Shown: piece after piece, positions 27,182 through 37,757 of the stretch
Layout: every line of letters begins with the position of its first letter
How positions within the stretch are numbered: position 1 is the stretch's first letter
NCBI GenBank assembly: GCA_949293555.1
Contig: CASFDV010000003.1
Location: 7,614 to 71,613, forward strand
Source: an uncultured Bacillota bacterium
GTDB lineage: Bacteria; Bacillota_I; Bacilli_A; RFN20; CAG-826
Length of the DNA stretch: 64,000 nt
Direction: 5' to 3'
Notes under the pieces: model-generated
The model's database searches: none
Told to the model about the DNA's origin: nothing
Seen by the model: the letters and a program-made list of their open reading frames with translations, nothing else
Program-made: the position numbers and the translations under genes

Positions 27182-28663
27182 ATGGAAAGAGTCACGGGAA
27201 TCCTGTCTCCCGTCGCCAGCCTCCCTTCGCGGCACGGCATCGGCGACTTCGGGAAGGAGAGCTATCGTTTCGCGGAACTTTCCGCCAAGGCCGGGTTCCG
27301 GCTCTGGCAGGTTCTGCCCCTCAACCCCCTCGGGTACGGGCATTCTCCCTACCAGCCCTTCTCAAGCTACGCGATCGACGAGCTCTACTGCGACCTCGAT
27401 GCGCTCAAGGAAGAAGGCCTCATCAAGGGGGACATCCCGGACTTCGCGAAGGATAGCGCCAAGATTCTCTACGAGGAGATCCGCGACTTCAAGCTTCCCT
27501 ACCTCCACGAGGCCTTCGCCTCCTTCATGAAGAAGAGGGGCGCGGCGAAGAAGCTCGAGGACTTCCGGAAGGAAGAGGAATGGGCGACCGCCTGGGGCCT
27601 CTTCATGATGAACAAGAGGAAGGAGTTCCTCCGGAGCTGGACCACCTGGGAGAAGCGCCGCCAGAGGATGAACGAGGGGAAAGTCGTCCTCACCCCTGAG
27701 GAGAAGGACGACTTCGACTTCGAGATCTGGCTCCAGATGACCCTCTACTCCCAGTGGAGGAAGCTCCTCGAGCACTGCCACGCCCTCGGGCTCAGGATCG
27801 TCGGGGACGTTCCTTTCTACGTCGGCCATGACTCGAGCGACGTCTGGGCGAACCTCGAGTACTTCCTGATCGACCCCAAGACCAAGGAGCCGACCTTCAT
27901 CGCCGGCGTCCCCCCCGACTACTTCTCCGCGACAGGCCAGCGCTGGGGGAACCCGATGTACAACTGGGACTACCTCGAGATGAAGGACTTCAGCTTCCTC
28001 ACGAAGCGCCTCATCGGGAACGCGAAGCTATACGACATCGTCCGCCTCGACCACTTCCGCGCCTTCGACACCTACTGGAAGATCCCCGCGAGCTGCCCGA
28101 CCGCCATCGAAGGCGTCTGGAACGAGGCCCCGGGCTACAAGTTCTTCGACACGCTCCTCAAGGAAGCCCCCGGCATCGAGATCATCGCCGAGGACCTCGG
28201 GGACCTCAGGAAGGAGGTCCTCGTCCTTCGCGACCATTACGATTTCCCCGGCATGAACGTCGTGCAGTTCACCTTCCATGACGCCGAGATCGCCAAGACC
28301 GACGATCGCGACCGCGAGAACATGGTCGCCTACCTCGGCACCCACGACAACCAGACCATCCGCGCCTATTACGAGGAGCTTCCCGAAGGGGAGAGGAAGG
28401 CCTGGGACGAGGCGCTTTCCTCGCTTGGCATCCCGGAAGGGGACATCACCGAGAGGGCAATCCGTTACGAGCTCTCGCTCAAGGCGAAGTACGCGATCTT
28501 CGCCGTCCAGGACCTCCTCGGGCTCGGGGACGAGGCCAGGCTCAACAAGCCCGGCATCGTCGACGACGTGAACTGGACCTGGAGGATGAAGGACTACGAG
28601 GAGCTTGAGGAAAGGCTTCCCCATCTCACCGACCTCATGAAAGAGTACGGGAGGCTCCAATGA
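27182..28663 (+). CDS. malQ: 4-alpha-glucanotransferase (amylomaltase, GH77)
   Basis: N-terminal GIGDFG pattern and length typical of the family. Confidence 0.85.
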   Translation: MERVTGILSPVASLPSRHGIGDFGKESYRFAELSAKAGFRLWQVLPLNPLGYGHSPYQPFSSYAIDELYCDLDALKEEGLIKGDIPDFAKDSAKILYEEIRDFKLPYLHEAFASFMKKRGAAKKLEDFRKEEEWATAWGLFMMNKRKEFLRSWTTWEKRRQRMNEGKVVLTPEEKDDFDFEIWLQMTLYSQWRKLLEHCHALGLRIVGDVPFYVGHDSSDVWANLEYFLIDPKTKEPTFIAGVPPDYFSATGQRWGNPMYNWDYLEMKDFSFLTKRLIGNAKLYDIVRLDHFRAFDTYWKIPASCPTAIEGVWNEAPGYKFFDTLLKEAPGIEIIAEDLGDLRKEVLVLRDHYDFPGMNVVQFTFHDAEIAKTDDRDRENMVAYLGTHDNQTIRAYYEELPEGERKAWDEALSSLGIPEGDITERAIRYELSLKAKYAIFAVQDLLGLGDEARLNKPGIVDDVNWTWRMKDYEELEERLPHLTDLMKEYGRLQ

Positions 28664-29958
28664 AGGCCGCCCTCGTCTCGCTTGGCTGCGCGAAGAACCT
28701 CGTCGACAGCGAGATCGTCCTGTCCGTCCTGGAAAGGGGCGGGATTTCGCTGACCTCCGACCTCAAGGAGGCCGACCTCGTCATCCTCAACACCTGCGCC
28801 TTCATCAAGCCGGCTAGGGAAGAGGCCGCCCGCGAGATCAAGGGCATCCGCAAGAAGACGAAGGCGAGGATCGCCGTCATGGGCTGCTTCCCCGAGAAGG
28901 ACCTCGAGGAATGCAGGTCCATGCTCCCGGAGGCCGACCTCCTCATCCCGATCCACGACTACCCCCGCTTCGGGAAAATCCTCGGGGACTTCCTCGGGAT
29001 TTCCGAGCTCCCTGCGATGGAGCCGACCAAGCGCGTCCTCTCCACTCCTCCCTGGAGCGCATGGCTCCGGATCAGCGAGGGGTGCGACAACCACTGCGCC
29101 TTCTGCGCGATCCCGAAGATCCGCGGGCCGTTCCGCTCGCGCCCCTACGAAGAAATCCTCGCGGAAGCGCGCTCCCTTAAGGAGCAAGGCGTCCTTGAGC
29201 TTTCCGTCGTAAGCCAGGACACTTGCCGCTACGGAAAGGACCTTGGAGAGGGGGCGAAGACCCTCGTCGACCTCCTCAGGGAACTGGACGGGATGGGTTT
29301 CTACTCCATCCGCCTCTTTTACCTTTACCCCGCGGAGGTCACCGACGAGCTCCTTGACCTCATCGCCGGGAGCAAGAGCATCGCCCACTACCTCGACCTC
29401 CCCATCCAGTGCGCCTCCGACCCCCTTCTCAGGAGGATGAACCGGAGGGACACCGTCGAAGGCATGAGGGATCTCTTCCGCCGCATCCAGGAGAAGATCC
29501 CGGACGCGGTCTACCGCACGACCCTCATCACCGGCTTCCCCGGGGAGACGGAGGAGGACCACCGGAGCACCCTCGAGTTCATGAAGGAGATCCGCTTCCA
29601 CCACCTCGGCTGCTTCCGCTTCAGCCCCGAGGAGGGGACTCCCGCCTACAAGATGGATGGGGAAGTGCCCGAGGACGTCGTCCGCGCCAGGGAACGGGAC
29701 ATCATGGGGCTCCAGCTCCAGATCGCCGCCGAGAGGTGCCGCGAGATGGTGGACAAGGACCTCGAAGGCATCGTCACCGGCTACGACGCCCACCGCCACC
29801 AGTACACGTTCCGCTCCTACTGGAACGCCCCCGACGAGATCGACGCGAACATCTACTTCTCCTCGCCCATCACCGTCCCCTCCGGCTCCATCCGGAAGCT
29901 CAAGGTGACGAACGGCTTCGTCCGCGACCTCGCCGGGCAGCTCCTGCCCGAGGAGTAG
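28660..29958 (+). CDS. rimO: Ribosomal protein S12 methylthiotransferase (radical SAM, MTTase + TRAM domains)
   Basis: N-terminus SLGCAKNLVDSE, radical-SAM motif CDNHCAFCAIP, C-terminal TRAM region. ATGA overlap with malQ. Confidence 0.8.
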   Translation: MKAALVSLGCAKNLVDSEIVLSVLERGGISLTSDLKEADLVILNTCAFIKPAREEAAREIKGIRKKTKARIAVMGCFPEKDLEECRSMLPEADLLIPIHDYPRFGKILGDFLGISELPAMEPTKRVLSTPPWSAWLRISEGCDNHCAFCAIPKIRGPFRSRPYEEILAEARSLKEQGVLELSVVSQDTCRYGKDLGEGAKTLVDLLRELDGMGFYSIRLFYLYPAEVTDELLDLIAGSKSIAHYLDLPIQCASDPLLRRMNRRDTVEGMRDLFRRIQEKIPDAVYRTTLITGFPGETEEDHRSTLEFMKEIRFHHLGCFRFSPEEGTPAYKMDGEVPEDVVRARERDIMGLQLQIAAERCREMVDKDLEGIVTGYDAHRHQYTFRSYWNAPDEIDANIYFSSPITVPSGSIRKLKVTNGFVRDLAGQLLPEE

Positions 29959-29977
29959 CCTTCCGCGACGGGAAAGA

Positions 29978-29998
29978 GAGGCCTTCGGGCCTCTTTTT
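29978..29998 (+). terminator. Rho-independent terminator after rimO
   Basis: GAGGCC-TTCG-GGCCTC followed by TTTTT. Confidence 0.8.
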
Positions 29999-30100
29999 CG
30001 ATATGTCTAATCAGGAATTGCTGGCTTATTCCCTAATCCAGAATCTCCCAGCGGCCACCGTTCGGAGGCCCCGACCTCCGGATCCTCCTTGAGGAGCGGA

Positions 30101-31375
30101 TCATCCTTTCGATCGTGCATAGCGAGGTCCCGGCGGCGTCCGCCATCTCCTGCCTGGACATCCTTGGGTTCTCCTCGATGAGGCGGAGGAGGGCCTCCTC
30201 GAGGATGTCGCTCCTGATGGCGGGGGAGGAAGCGCAGCGGCAGGGCCTTCCTCCAGGATCGGGTTTTTAGTGGCATCGCCTTCGACAGCCTCTTCGTAGT
30301 TAAGGTTGGGGAGCGTGACGAAGAAGTAGCGGTCGATCACCTGAAACTCTGGCTTCCTCGGATCGTTCTCGTATGCCTCCCTTATGCGGAGCAGCCCGGT
30401 CCCGTAGTTCTCGATCAGGCCAAGCTTGTCGAATATCCTGACGAGCCCGGGGTTCCGGAATGTCTGGAGGCCGTTCAGCGCGGCCTCCAAGGTCGAGTGG
30501 AAGACGTTCCCGGGATTGATGATTCGGGCATAGCCGGGGTGGAGCTCGATCTTTATGCTCGAGGGGAGGGAGTAGTCCGCGTGGCAGATGGCGTTCAGGA
30601 CGGCCTCCCTCATGCTTGCGCCCGGGAAGGACTTCGTCTCGACCCTTTCGGCCTGTCCTTGAAGGATCCTCGCGGAGGTGTCGTTGAACATCTCGACGTA
30701 TTCGAGAAGGCTTCTCGCGATGTGGACGAGGGAGCCCCTGAACTCCTTCTTCACCTTGAAGTCCATCCCCTCGGTATAGACGGCGAACTTGACGACGACA
30801 GGGCTTTCCTCGCTGAGGAGGAGTCCGAGATTCGTGAACTTTCCGTGCGCGTCCTGGATACCGAGCGCCATGAACTTGTCGGGTCCGAAGGGCAGGCCTT
30901 GCTCCTCCGCGTTCTCATGCATATGGCGGAAGGTGAGGTCCTGCCTTTCGGAGACGCCCTTCTCGAAGCTATAGTCTCTCGAATCCATCGCCGGATGGAG
31001 GATTTCCTCCTGGTCAACCTGGCGGACGCTCCTTCCGAGGCGAACGAAGGTCCCGCCCGGCCTTGGGCCCTTGGAGGCGAGGTAGTAGGGCTTCTGATCC
31101 CCCTCCTCGATCCGAATCTCAAGGACGCCGTCCTCGTTATAGGCAAGTTGCACCTTGCTCCGGCAGCTTGGGGCAATAGCGTCTCCGATCAAATTCCCAA
31201 CCAGCCCGTCGTAACGATCCCTTAGTTCGGGAGGGACGCTCACTGGCCTTCCCTGGTCGTCGACCCCGATATAGATCACTCCGCCCCGGGCGTTCAGGAA
31301 AGCGACGATCTCCTTGTCGAGATGGTCCACCATCTCGCGCTTCAGCTTTACCTTGTCGCTTTCCTCGTATCTCAT
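30101..31375 (-). CDS. AlbA_2 / HATPase_c_4 (Schlafen-like, 'RecG-related') putative transcriptional regulator, frameshifted at the C-terminus
   Basis: N-terminal VAFLNARGGVIYIGVDDQG (AlbA_2) and a central ATPase-like region. The C-terminal HTH (ILEEALLRLIEENPRMSRQEMADAAGTSLCTIERMI...RWEILD) is in another frame running to 30033. The frame switch is at a 5-C run on the coding strand (G5 on + at 30222-30226). Confidence 0.65.
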   Translation of the reverse strand: MRYEESDKVKLKREMVDHLDKEIVAFLNARGGVIYIGVDDQGRPVSVPPELRDRYDGLVGNLIGDAIAPSCRSKVQLAYNEDGVLEIRIEEGDQKPYYLASKGPRPGGTFVRLGRSVRQVDQEEILHPAMDSRDYSFEKGVSERQDLTFRHMHENAEEQGLPFGPDKFMALGIQDAHGKFTNLGLLLSEESPVVVKFAVYTEGMDFKVKKEFRGSLVHIARSLLEYVEMFNDTSARILQGQAERVETKSFPGASMREAVLNAICHADYSLPSSIKIELHPGYARIINPGNVFHSTLEAALNGLQTFRNPGLVRIFDKLGLIENYGTGLLRIREAYENDPRKPEFQVIDRYFFVTLPNLNYEEAVEGDATKNPILEEGPAAALPPPPSGATSSRRPSSASSRRTQGCPGRRWRTPPGPRYARSKG

Positions 31376-31681
31376 AGCCGTGGTCCCCTTGCGACTTTCT
31401 TGTTAACAGCACTGAATAAGGCTGAGAGGGAGAGTGTCCAAAGGGATTTAGGTCAAAGCCTCCTTTCTCGATCCTGTCGGTTTGCGGCAAAAAGACAGGA
31501 ATCACATGGGTTGCCATGATCGCTTCTCGTCCATGGACCTTCAGCACTTGCCCAGGCAGGAACAACCGGCTTTAAGTCTGTTTGAAAGAGGGATTCCGAA
31601 TTTACGACCTGCTTCTGTATGGTTTTCTGCTATTGCTTAAGGAAAAGGCGGCCCGAAGGCCGCCTGGGGAATCGCCAGGGA

Positions 31682-34354
31682 CTAGAGGTATTCCGTATAC
31701 GTCTCGTCCTGGACGAAGGGGATGTAGACGGTAGGCGTCCCGTCCTCCGCATCGACCGTCCCGATCACCGCGCCGAACACCATCCCGTAGCTCGCCTCGT
31801 CCGCGATCCCGTAGGAGAGGCAGACTCCGATCTCCCCGTCCGCGGGGTCGTACTCGAAGGCGAGGCGGTACTCTTCCGCGGCGATCCCCGTGTCCGTGAC
31901 GTTCGTCTCGTACACCATCGCGCGGATCCCGCCGTCCACGTATTCGTAATAGAACCAGTAGACGTCCTCATGGGTCTCCTCCGGGTTTTCCTCGTCCGCG
32001 GATTCGATGTAAGTGTCGACGATATAGCCCTTGAGGGGGCTCTCGTAGCTATCCTCGCCTCCCTCGTAGGGCTCGTCTGTGAAGACGATGTGGGTATCGG
32101 GGTAGCCCACCGGGTCCATCGTGACCGTCCATGAGGTGCCGACGGGGGTCATGTCCTGGGGGAGTATCGTGAAGGTGAAGACCACCGCGTTCCCCTCGCC
32201 CGCGGGGGGATCGTACCAGTCGCTCGTGCAGGCGACCCGGACCTCGGTGGGCTCATCGACGGAACCGGCCCTGAGGGTCAGCCTACCGCCTTCGGTGGAG
32301 ACGACCTCGAGGAGGGAGGGGTTCTCGCTTTCGGCCTCGAAAACGCAGGGCGCGTTGTCCGGGACCTGGTTCACCACGTAGCTTTCCGTGGTGTTCTCAT
32401 AGATTCTCGCCCTGTCGATGTCCTCGACCATGTCGCTCAAGGTCCAGTCGAGGGCGAGGGCGTGGAACTTTGTCGTCGCCCAGACGCGGATCGGCAGGGC
32501 GTAGGTCGCCCCGGGATCCTTCGTCGCGCGCCCGATGGTGACCTCGACGCCCGTCTCGTCGGTGAGGCCGAGGGCGGTCATCTCGGTGTAGTCGTCGGTG
32601 TCGCTCTTGCCGATCTTGCTTTCGTCCTCCGAGGCGATGGGGCCGTACTGCCAGAGGTCGAGCGCGGTCCTCGGGAGGTAGCTTGCCTCGACGTTCTCGA
32701 TCTCCTCTTCCTCGAAGTAGGAGGCGAGGCGGATCTTGTCGCCGTAGTGGACGGCGGAAGTCTCCCCGTCGTCCGCGACGCCGGAGTCAGGGTTATAGAA
32801 GCGGATCTCCTCGAACTCCTCGATGAAATAGGGGGAGAGGTCGAAGGGGGCTTCCCCTTCGAGGGGGTCGCCGTACCGCCATTCGCCTTCCATCCTCTTC
32901 CCGACTTTCCCGGACTGGCCCGCGAGAGGAGCGTGGCCCACGAAGTCCCACTCCGTCTCGGAGTAGACGGTCTCGAGATAGTCGAGGCTCTTGACCGCGC
33001 CTCCCTCGGTGAAGCCGATCTCCATGTGGAAGACATGGCCCTCGTGCATCTCCTGGGTGTAGGTACCGCCCTCGGAGCTATATTCGACGTAGGTGTCGAC
33101 TGTGGTGAGGAAGCCCTCTTCCTGGGGCTCGCTTTCGATCCGGACGCTGTAGGAGCTCGTCTCCTCCATCTGGAAGCCGCTCCGGTAGGCGTCCATGATC
33201 TCGCCCTCCAGGAGCTTCATCGCGTAGGGGAAGGTCTCGAGGGACTTCCTCGCGAGGCGATGCGAGATCTCGAAGGTCCCGAGGTCCTCCGACTCCTCAA
33301 GGGAATCCTCGACGACGTCATAGGTCGCCGAGTAGGCGTTCTCCCTCTCCCTCGTGAGGTCGTTGTTCCCGAGGGCGTGCGTGTACTCGTCGACCACCGT
33401 GAGGGTCCCCGCCTCCTCGTCGAGGCGCTTGTAGACATGGTAGTCCCGCCCCTGGAGGAGGTCCTCCGCGACGAAGAGGAAGGAGCCGTCCTCGTAGCGG
33501 TTCATCTCGAGTTCCTGGGCGAGACCTTCCCCAGGGATCGTCAGGGAGAGGGCCATGCCCTGGACGTCCGCCGGATGGATCGCCGTCTCCGAGCGGATCG
33601 AGAGGCCTGTGTTGAAGAGGGAGCTGAGGGAAGCCTCGCTATTGGGGAGCTGGTCCACCTTCACCCTTTGCACGTAGCAGGGGAACAAGGGTGAGCTCGG
33701 GTCGTAGAAGAAGTCGTAGGTCGACCCGGAGGCGATGTTCAGGTTCTCCTCCGCCCCGAAGTTGAAGGAGATGTCGGCGAAGCTCCTGCTCTCGTCCAGC
33801 GAATAGGCGGAAAGCTTGGAAAGCGCGCCCCCTTCCCCTTCGACGTTATAGGAAAAGTTCGCCCGCGCCTGGGGGACGTCGACCTTGACGTTCCTCGCCG
33901 CGTAGACGCCGTTCTCCTCGAGGGCGAGGACGGCGGCGATGTCGCCGGAGAGGGTGACCCTCCCCTCGACCTCGACCTGGACGGTCACCCTGACGGACCG
34001 TCCGGGCATCCGGAAGGAGAAGGTCTTGTTCCCGTCCGTCGAGACGAGATCCTCGTCGTTCGCCTTTGCCCCGGTCACCTTGAAGCCAGGGTCCGTGGAA
34101 AGGATCGTGAGGGTGATGGTTTCCCCTTCCTCGGCCTCCTCCTTGTCTAGCTCCGCCTCGACGCCCGCGGGGAGGGTTAGGGTGATGATGTACGTCTTCT
34201 CCTCCTGGCGGGAAGAAGAGGAGCCCGACTCCACGGGAAGGGACTGGCTCTCGCCCGCGCTTTCGGAGAGGGAGGAGGAAGGGAGGACGTCGTCCCCGCC
34301 GCAGGCGGCGAGGGCAAGGGCGAGGGCAGGGAGGATGAGGAGGCTCTTCTTCAT
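31682..34354 (-). CDS. Large acidic surface lipoprotein (~890 aa)
   Basis: True start MKKSLLILPALALALAACGG (lipobox) with RBS AAAGGAAAG. The listed ORF has about 190 aa of spurious N-terminal extension. Confidence 0.7.
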   Translation of the reverse strand: MKKSLLILPALALALAACGGDDVLPSSSLSESAGESQSLPVESGSSSSRQEEKTYIITLTLPAGVEAELDKEEAEEGETITLTILSTDPGFKVTGAKANDEDLVSTDGNKTFSFRMPGRSVRVTVQVEVEGRVTLSGDIAAVLALEENGVYAARNVKVDVPQARANFSYNVEGEGGALSKLSAYSLDESRSFADISFNFGAEENLNIASGSTYDFFYDPSSPLFPCYVQRVKVDQLPNSEASLSSLFNTGLSIRSETAIHPADVQGMALSLTIPGEGLAQELEMNRYEDGSFLFVAEDLLQGRDYHVYKRLDEEAGTLTVVDEYTHALGNNDLTRERENAYSATYDVVEDSLEESEDLGTFEISHRLARKSLETFPYAMKLLEGEIMDAYRSGFQMEETSSYSVRIESEPQEEGFLTTVDTYVEYSSEGGTYTQEMHEGHVFHMEIGFTEGGAVKSLDYLETVYSETEWDFVGHAPLAGQSGKVGKRMEGEWRYGDPLEGEAPFDLSPYFIEEFEEIRFYNPDSGVADDGETSAVHYGDKIRLASYFEEEEIENVEASYLPRTALDLWQYGPIASEDESKIGKSDTDDYTEMTALGLTDETGVEVTIGRATKDPGATYALPIRVWATTKFHALALDWTLSDMVEDIDRARIYENTTESYVVNQVPDNAPCVFEAESENPSLLEVVSTEGGRLTLRAGSVDEPTEVRVACTSDWYDPPAGEGNAVVFTFTILPQDMTPVGTSWTVTMDPVGYPDTHIVFTDEPYEGGEDSYESPLKGYIVDTYIESADEENPEETHEDVYWFYYEYVDGGIRAMVYETNVTDTGIAAEEYRLAFEYDPADGEIGVCLSYGIADEASYGMVFGAVIGTVDAEDGTPTVYIPFVQDETYTEYL

Positions 34355-34368
34355 ATCGCTTTCCTTTC

Positions 34369-35169
34369 TTAGTCCATGCTCGGCAGGAGGAAGCAGAGGA
34401 TCGTCTCCTCGCCCCCCGCCACGTACCAGAGGTTGATGAAGTCGCCGGTCCTCGAGATCGAGAAGGAACTGAGGGTCGTCCTCGCGGTCTCGGAAGGCTC
34501 GTAGGAGATGGAGTAGAAGTGCGTCTTCGTCGCGCTTTCGTAGTAGGAATATTCGTAGGTGAAGTCGTAGCGCTGCCCCGCCCCCATCTCGTCGGACATG
34601 AGGAGGAGGCCCCGCTTCTCCTCCGGGTCGACGAAGGTCATCTCGTAGGTCCCGTAGGGGTAGCCGGGGGGCTCGTTCCACGAGGTCACGGAGAAGAGGT
34701 AGTCGTCCATCTCCTCGAGGGGGATCTCCTTCCTGATCTTCACGACCTTCTGGCAGTAGGAGAACCCGTCGTCCCCGTAGATGGTGAGGAGGACGTTCCC
34801 CGCGCCTTTCGCGCGGAGGAGGAAGGTGAAGTCTCCCGCAGGGTCGACGATGGCCTCCAGGAGCGAGGGGTCGCTCGTCTCCACGACGAGGGAGGACACC
34901 CTCTTGTCGTCCGGGGCGAAGGAGCACTCGTACTCGTCCCCGACCGTCATCGCGTAGCCCATCTCGAGCTGGAGGAGGTAGCCGCCATAGGCGCCTTCGC
35001 AGTATTCCTCCGCCTCGATCGGGGGATAGCTCTCCTCCCAGACGGGGAGCTTCGTCTCCGAAGAGGAGGAACTATCCTCGACGGAGGGGGAGGAGCTCCC
35101 TTCGGGAGGGGTCCCCGAGCAGGAGGGCAGCAGGAGGAGAAGCGGCAGGGCGAAGGCGGTCTTTCGCAT
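34369..35169 (-). CDS. Surface lipoprotein, hypothetical
   Basis: Lipobox in MRKTAFALPLLLLLPSCSG. Confidence 0.65.
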   Translation of the reverse strand: MRKTAFALPLLLLLPSCSGTPPEGSSSPSVEDSSSSSETKLPVWEESYPPIEAEEYCEGAYGGYLLQLEMGYAMTVGDEYECSFAPDDKRVSSLVVETSDPSLLEAIVDPAGDFTFLLRAKGAGNVLLTIYGDDGFSYCQKVVKIRKEIPLEEMDDYLFSVTSWNEPPGYPYGTYEMTFVDPEEKRGLLLMSDEMGAGQRYDFTYEYSYYESATKTHFYSISYEPSETARTTLSSFSISRTGDFINLWYVAGGEETILCFLLPSMD

Positions 35170-35345
35170 GGGGCACGTCCTTTCCTATTGAGGCGTCACC
35201 ACGCTTTTATATGCATCCGCGCGATTTTCTCAAGGAAAAACTTGAGCCAGAAAACTTTCCCTTGCTGCGTTCGATTTCCTGTTGAAAGTTATCGCGAAGC
35301 GGTTACATTCGATGCGACGAAAAGGAGAAGGAGAAAGGAGTTCCA

Positions 35346-37739
35346 ATGAAGAAGAGACTGCTGCTTCCCTTGCTCGCGGCGGGCGCCCTGGTCGGGATCG
35401 CCGCCGCGGGGAACGTTCCTGGCCGCACGCTGGCTGGGCCGGGGACAACCCACCACGCCTTGGAGGAGGGAGAGGAGGCGATCGTCCTCTCGCTCCCGCC
35501 CGAGGTCACCGCCGAGGCGCCGGAGGGCGCTGCTCCCGGCGAGATCGTCCACGTGGACATCTCCTATGAGGAGGGGGACATCCTCGTCCACGCCCTCCTC
35601 GTGAACGGGAACCCCGCCGCCGAGGACCCGGACGGGGGCTACTACTTCCCGATGCCGGGGGAGGGGGCGACCATCACCCTCGCCTACGACTACGTCGGGA
35701 AATACGAGGTGAACGACATCTCCGCCGAGGGGATCGCCCTGACCGGTCTTCCCGAGGGGCTCGTCCGCGAAGGAGATGCGATCACCTTCAGCGTCCACAC
35801 CCTCCCGGGCACGCCCGTCTCCTTCACGGGGGTCGTGACCATCGAGGATGCGGAAGGGAACGAGGTCCCCTACACGAAGAACGGGAACGAGTACTCCTTC
35901 GAGATGCCCGATTCCGACGTCACCATCCTCTGCGGGACCGAGACGCGCCTCTTCCGCGTGAACGAGGAGAAGTACGCGGCCGACGACACTTCCTACGACC
36001 TCATCCTCAACTACGGCGTCCTCGGCGAGGAAGGCTCGGTCGAGGATATCACCTACAAGGGGGCCGCCCTCGCCGGATCGACGATCCGCGTGACGATGAA
36101 GGAGGCGACGCGCTACCGGCCCACGGGCGTCGAGATCAAGGAGTCCGGGGCGACCTACATGCTCGAGGAAGGCTCCCTTGTCCTCGACATCCCGCTTCCG
36201 AACCACGACATGACCCTCGTCCCGCTGGCTGAGCTGAAGTACCTTCCCTTCGCGTTCGAATGCCCCGAGGGCGTGACCGCGACGGCCTACACGAAGGACG
36301 AGACGGGCGCCTATCAGGTGATGGAGACGCTCGAGGCCGTCCCTGAGGACATCGTCTACCTCAAGGCCGAGACCACGAGCCCCGACGTGAAGGTCACCGG
36401 CTGGGGCGGAACCTACCTTGCCTCGTGGGGCTCGGGCACGATCCCGAGCGCCCGCTTCGAGGAGGTGGGGGACGGCTACTGGTCCTATGAGATGGACGAC
36501 GAGGAAGAGATCGTCCTCGTCCCGGCCACCATCGAGAGGATGGAGGTGACGCTCCCCGCCTCGGAGGACGTCGAGATCGCCCTCTACGCGAAGGACGCGG
36601 AAGGGGAATACGTCTCCCAGACGGGCTTCTTCCCGGGCGACACCGTCTACGCGAAGGCGACGCTCCTCAACGAGGAGGCCCGCGTCGAGTCCCTCACCCT
36701 CCTCTGGGAGGAAGGCTGGAGCGACGGAGAGGTCCTGATGACCCTCAACGAGGAGGGCTACTACGAAGGGACGATCGACAAAGCCGCGACGGGCGGCTAT
36801 GCGATCGAGGCGGAGATTATCGCCCCGATCGACGTCGCCCTCACCAACAGCCAGAGCCTGACGGGCACCCTCTACGGCAAGGACGAGGGAGGCGCATACG
36901 TGGAGAAGAGCTCCTTCCTCCCGGGCCAGACGGTCTACGTCCGGGTCGCCGGGGAGAGTGAGGACATCAAGGTCCGCGACGTCCTCCTGGGCTGGTACGA
37001 GGAAGGGTACTACTCCTCCGAGGCGGCGAGCGAGTCCATGACCCTGAACGCCGAGGGCTACTACGAGGGGACGATCCCCGCGGACGCTCTCGCCCCCTTC
37101 AGCGTCACCATCCTCGAGGAGAACCCGACCGCCTATGCGGACTACCCCTTCGTCGGGAGCTACCTTGTTGCGGAAGGGTACGCCACCTACAACGACCTTT
37201 ACGACGAGCCGCCCAGCGGGACCTCGGCAGAGCTTCCCGCCTCGGGGATCGCCTCCCTCGGTGGGACGGAGTCCGTCATCTCCTCGATCGAGGGGAATCC
37301 CGAGGACAAGGAGGGGATCATCCACTTCACGAACGGGAAGATCCTCGCCTACGGGCCGAACCTGGTCCTCTCCTCCTGGAGAAACTTCGATACCCTCGCC
37401 AAGAACGACGTCTGGTGGGGGCTCAAGACCGCGGAGGACGGGGCCACCTACAGCGCCTCGCTCCTCAACGTCTCCGGCTACACCGGCCTCTTCCAAGGCT
37501 ACCGGACGGATAGCGACGGGACTAGGACGGTCATCGCGACAGGCTTCTACCGCTACGAGTCCTCCATCTCCTATGAGCTTCACCTTTCCGGGGTCGAGTG
37601 CAAGGACGGGGAGGGGAACCCCGTCGAGCTCCCCAAGTCTTCGGACGAGGAGGCGGAGATCCACGTCTACGTGGACGGGATCAAGATCGGCGTCATGACC
37701 CATGGGGCCTCTGAGAACGTCTGGACTCCCGCGGAGTAA
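35346..37739 (+). CDS. Large secreted repeat protein (797 aa) with repeated EGYYEGTI modules
   Basis: Signal peptide MKKRLLLPLLAAGALVGIAAAG (no cysteine). Internal paralogous repeats. Shares the FVGSY/FLGSY module with the next gene. Confidence 0.7.
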   Translation: MKKRLLLPLLAAGALVGIAAAGNVPGRTLAGPGTTHHALEEGEEAIVLSLPPEVTAEAPEGAAPGEIVHVDISYEEGDILVHALLVNGNPAAEDPDGGYYFPMPGEGATITLAYDYVGKYEVNDISAEGIALTGLPEGLVREGDAITFSVHTLPGTPVSFTGVVTIEDAEGNEVPYTKNGNEYSFEMPDSDVTILCGTETRLFRVNEEKYAADDTSYDLILNYGVLGEEGSVEDITYKGAALAGSTIRVTMKEATRYRPTGVEIKESGATYMLEEGSLVLDIPLPNHDMTLVPLAELKYLPFAFECPEGVTATAYTKDETGAYQVMETLEAVPEDIVYLKAETTSPDVKVTGWGGTYLASWGSGTIPSARFEEVGDGYWSYEMDDEEEIVLVPATIERMEVTLPASEDVEIALYAKDAEGEYVSQTGFFPGDTVYAKATLLNEEARVESLTLLWEEGWSDGEVLMTLNEEGYYEGTIDKAATGGYAIEAEIIAPIDVALTNSQSLTGTLYGKDEGGAYVEKSSFLPGQTVYVRVAGESEDIKVRDVLLGWYEEGYYSSEAASESMTLNAEGYYEGTIPADALAPFSVTILEENPTAYADYPFVGSYLVAEGYATYNDLYDEPPSGTSAELPASGIASLGGTESVISSIEGNPEDKEGIIHFTNGKILAYGPNLVLSSWRNFDTLAKNDVWWGLKTAEDGATYSASLLNVSGYTGLFQGYRTDSDGTRTVIATGFYRYESSISYELHLSGVECKDGEGNPVELPKSSDEEAEIHVYVDGIKIGVMTHGASENVWTPAE

Positions 37740-37757
37740 AGAAAGGAAACCCTAACG

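Noticed and set aside
35289-37703. 804-aa ORF antisense to the large secreted protein gene
   Set aside because: Shadow ORF created by GC-rich, Glu/Gly-biased coding on the opposite strand. It has no start context and a low-complexity translation.
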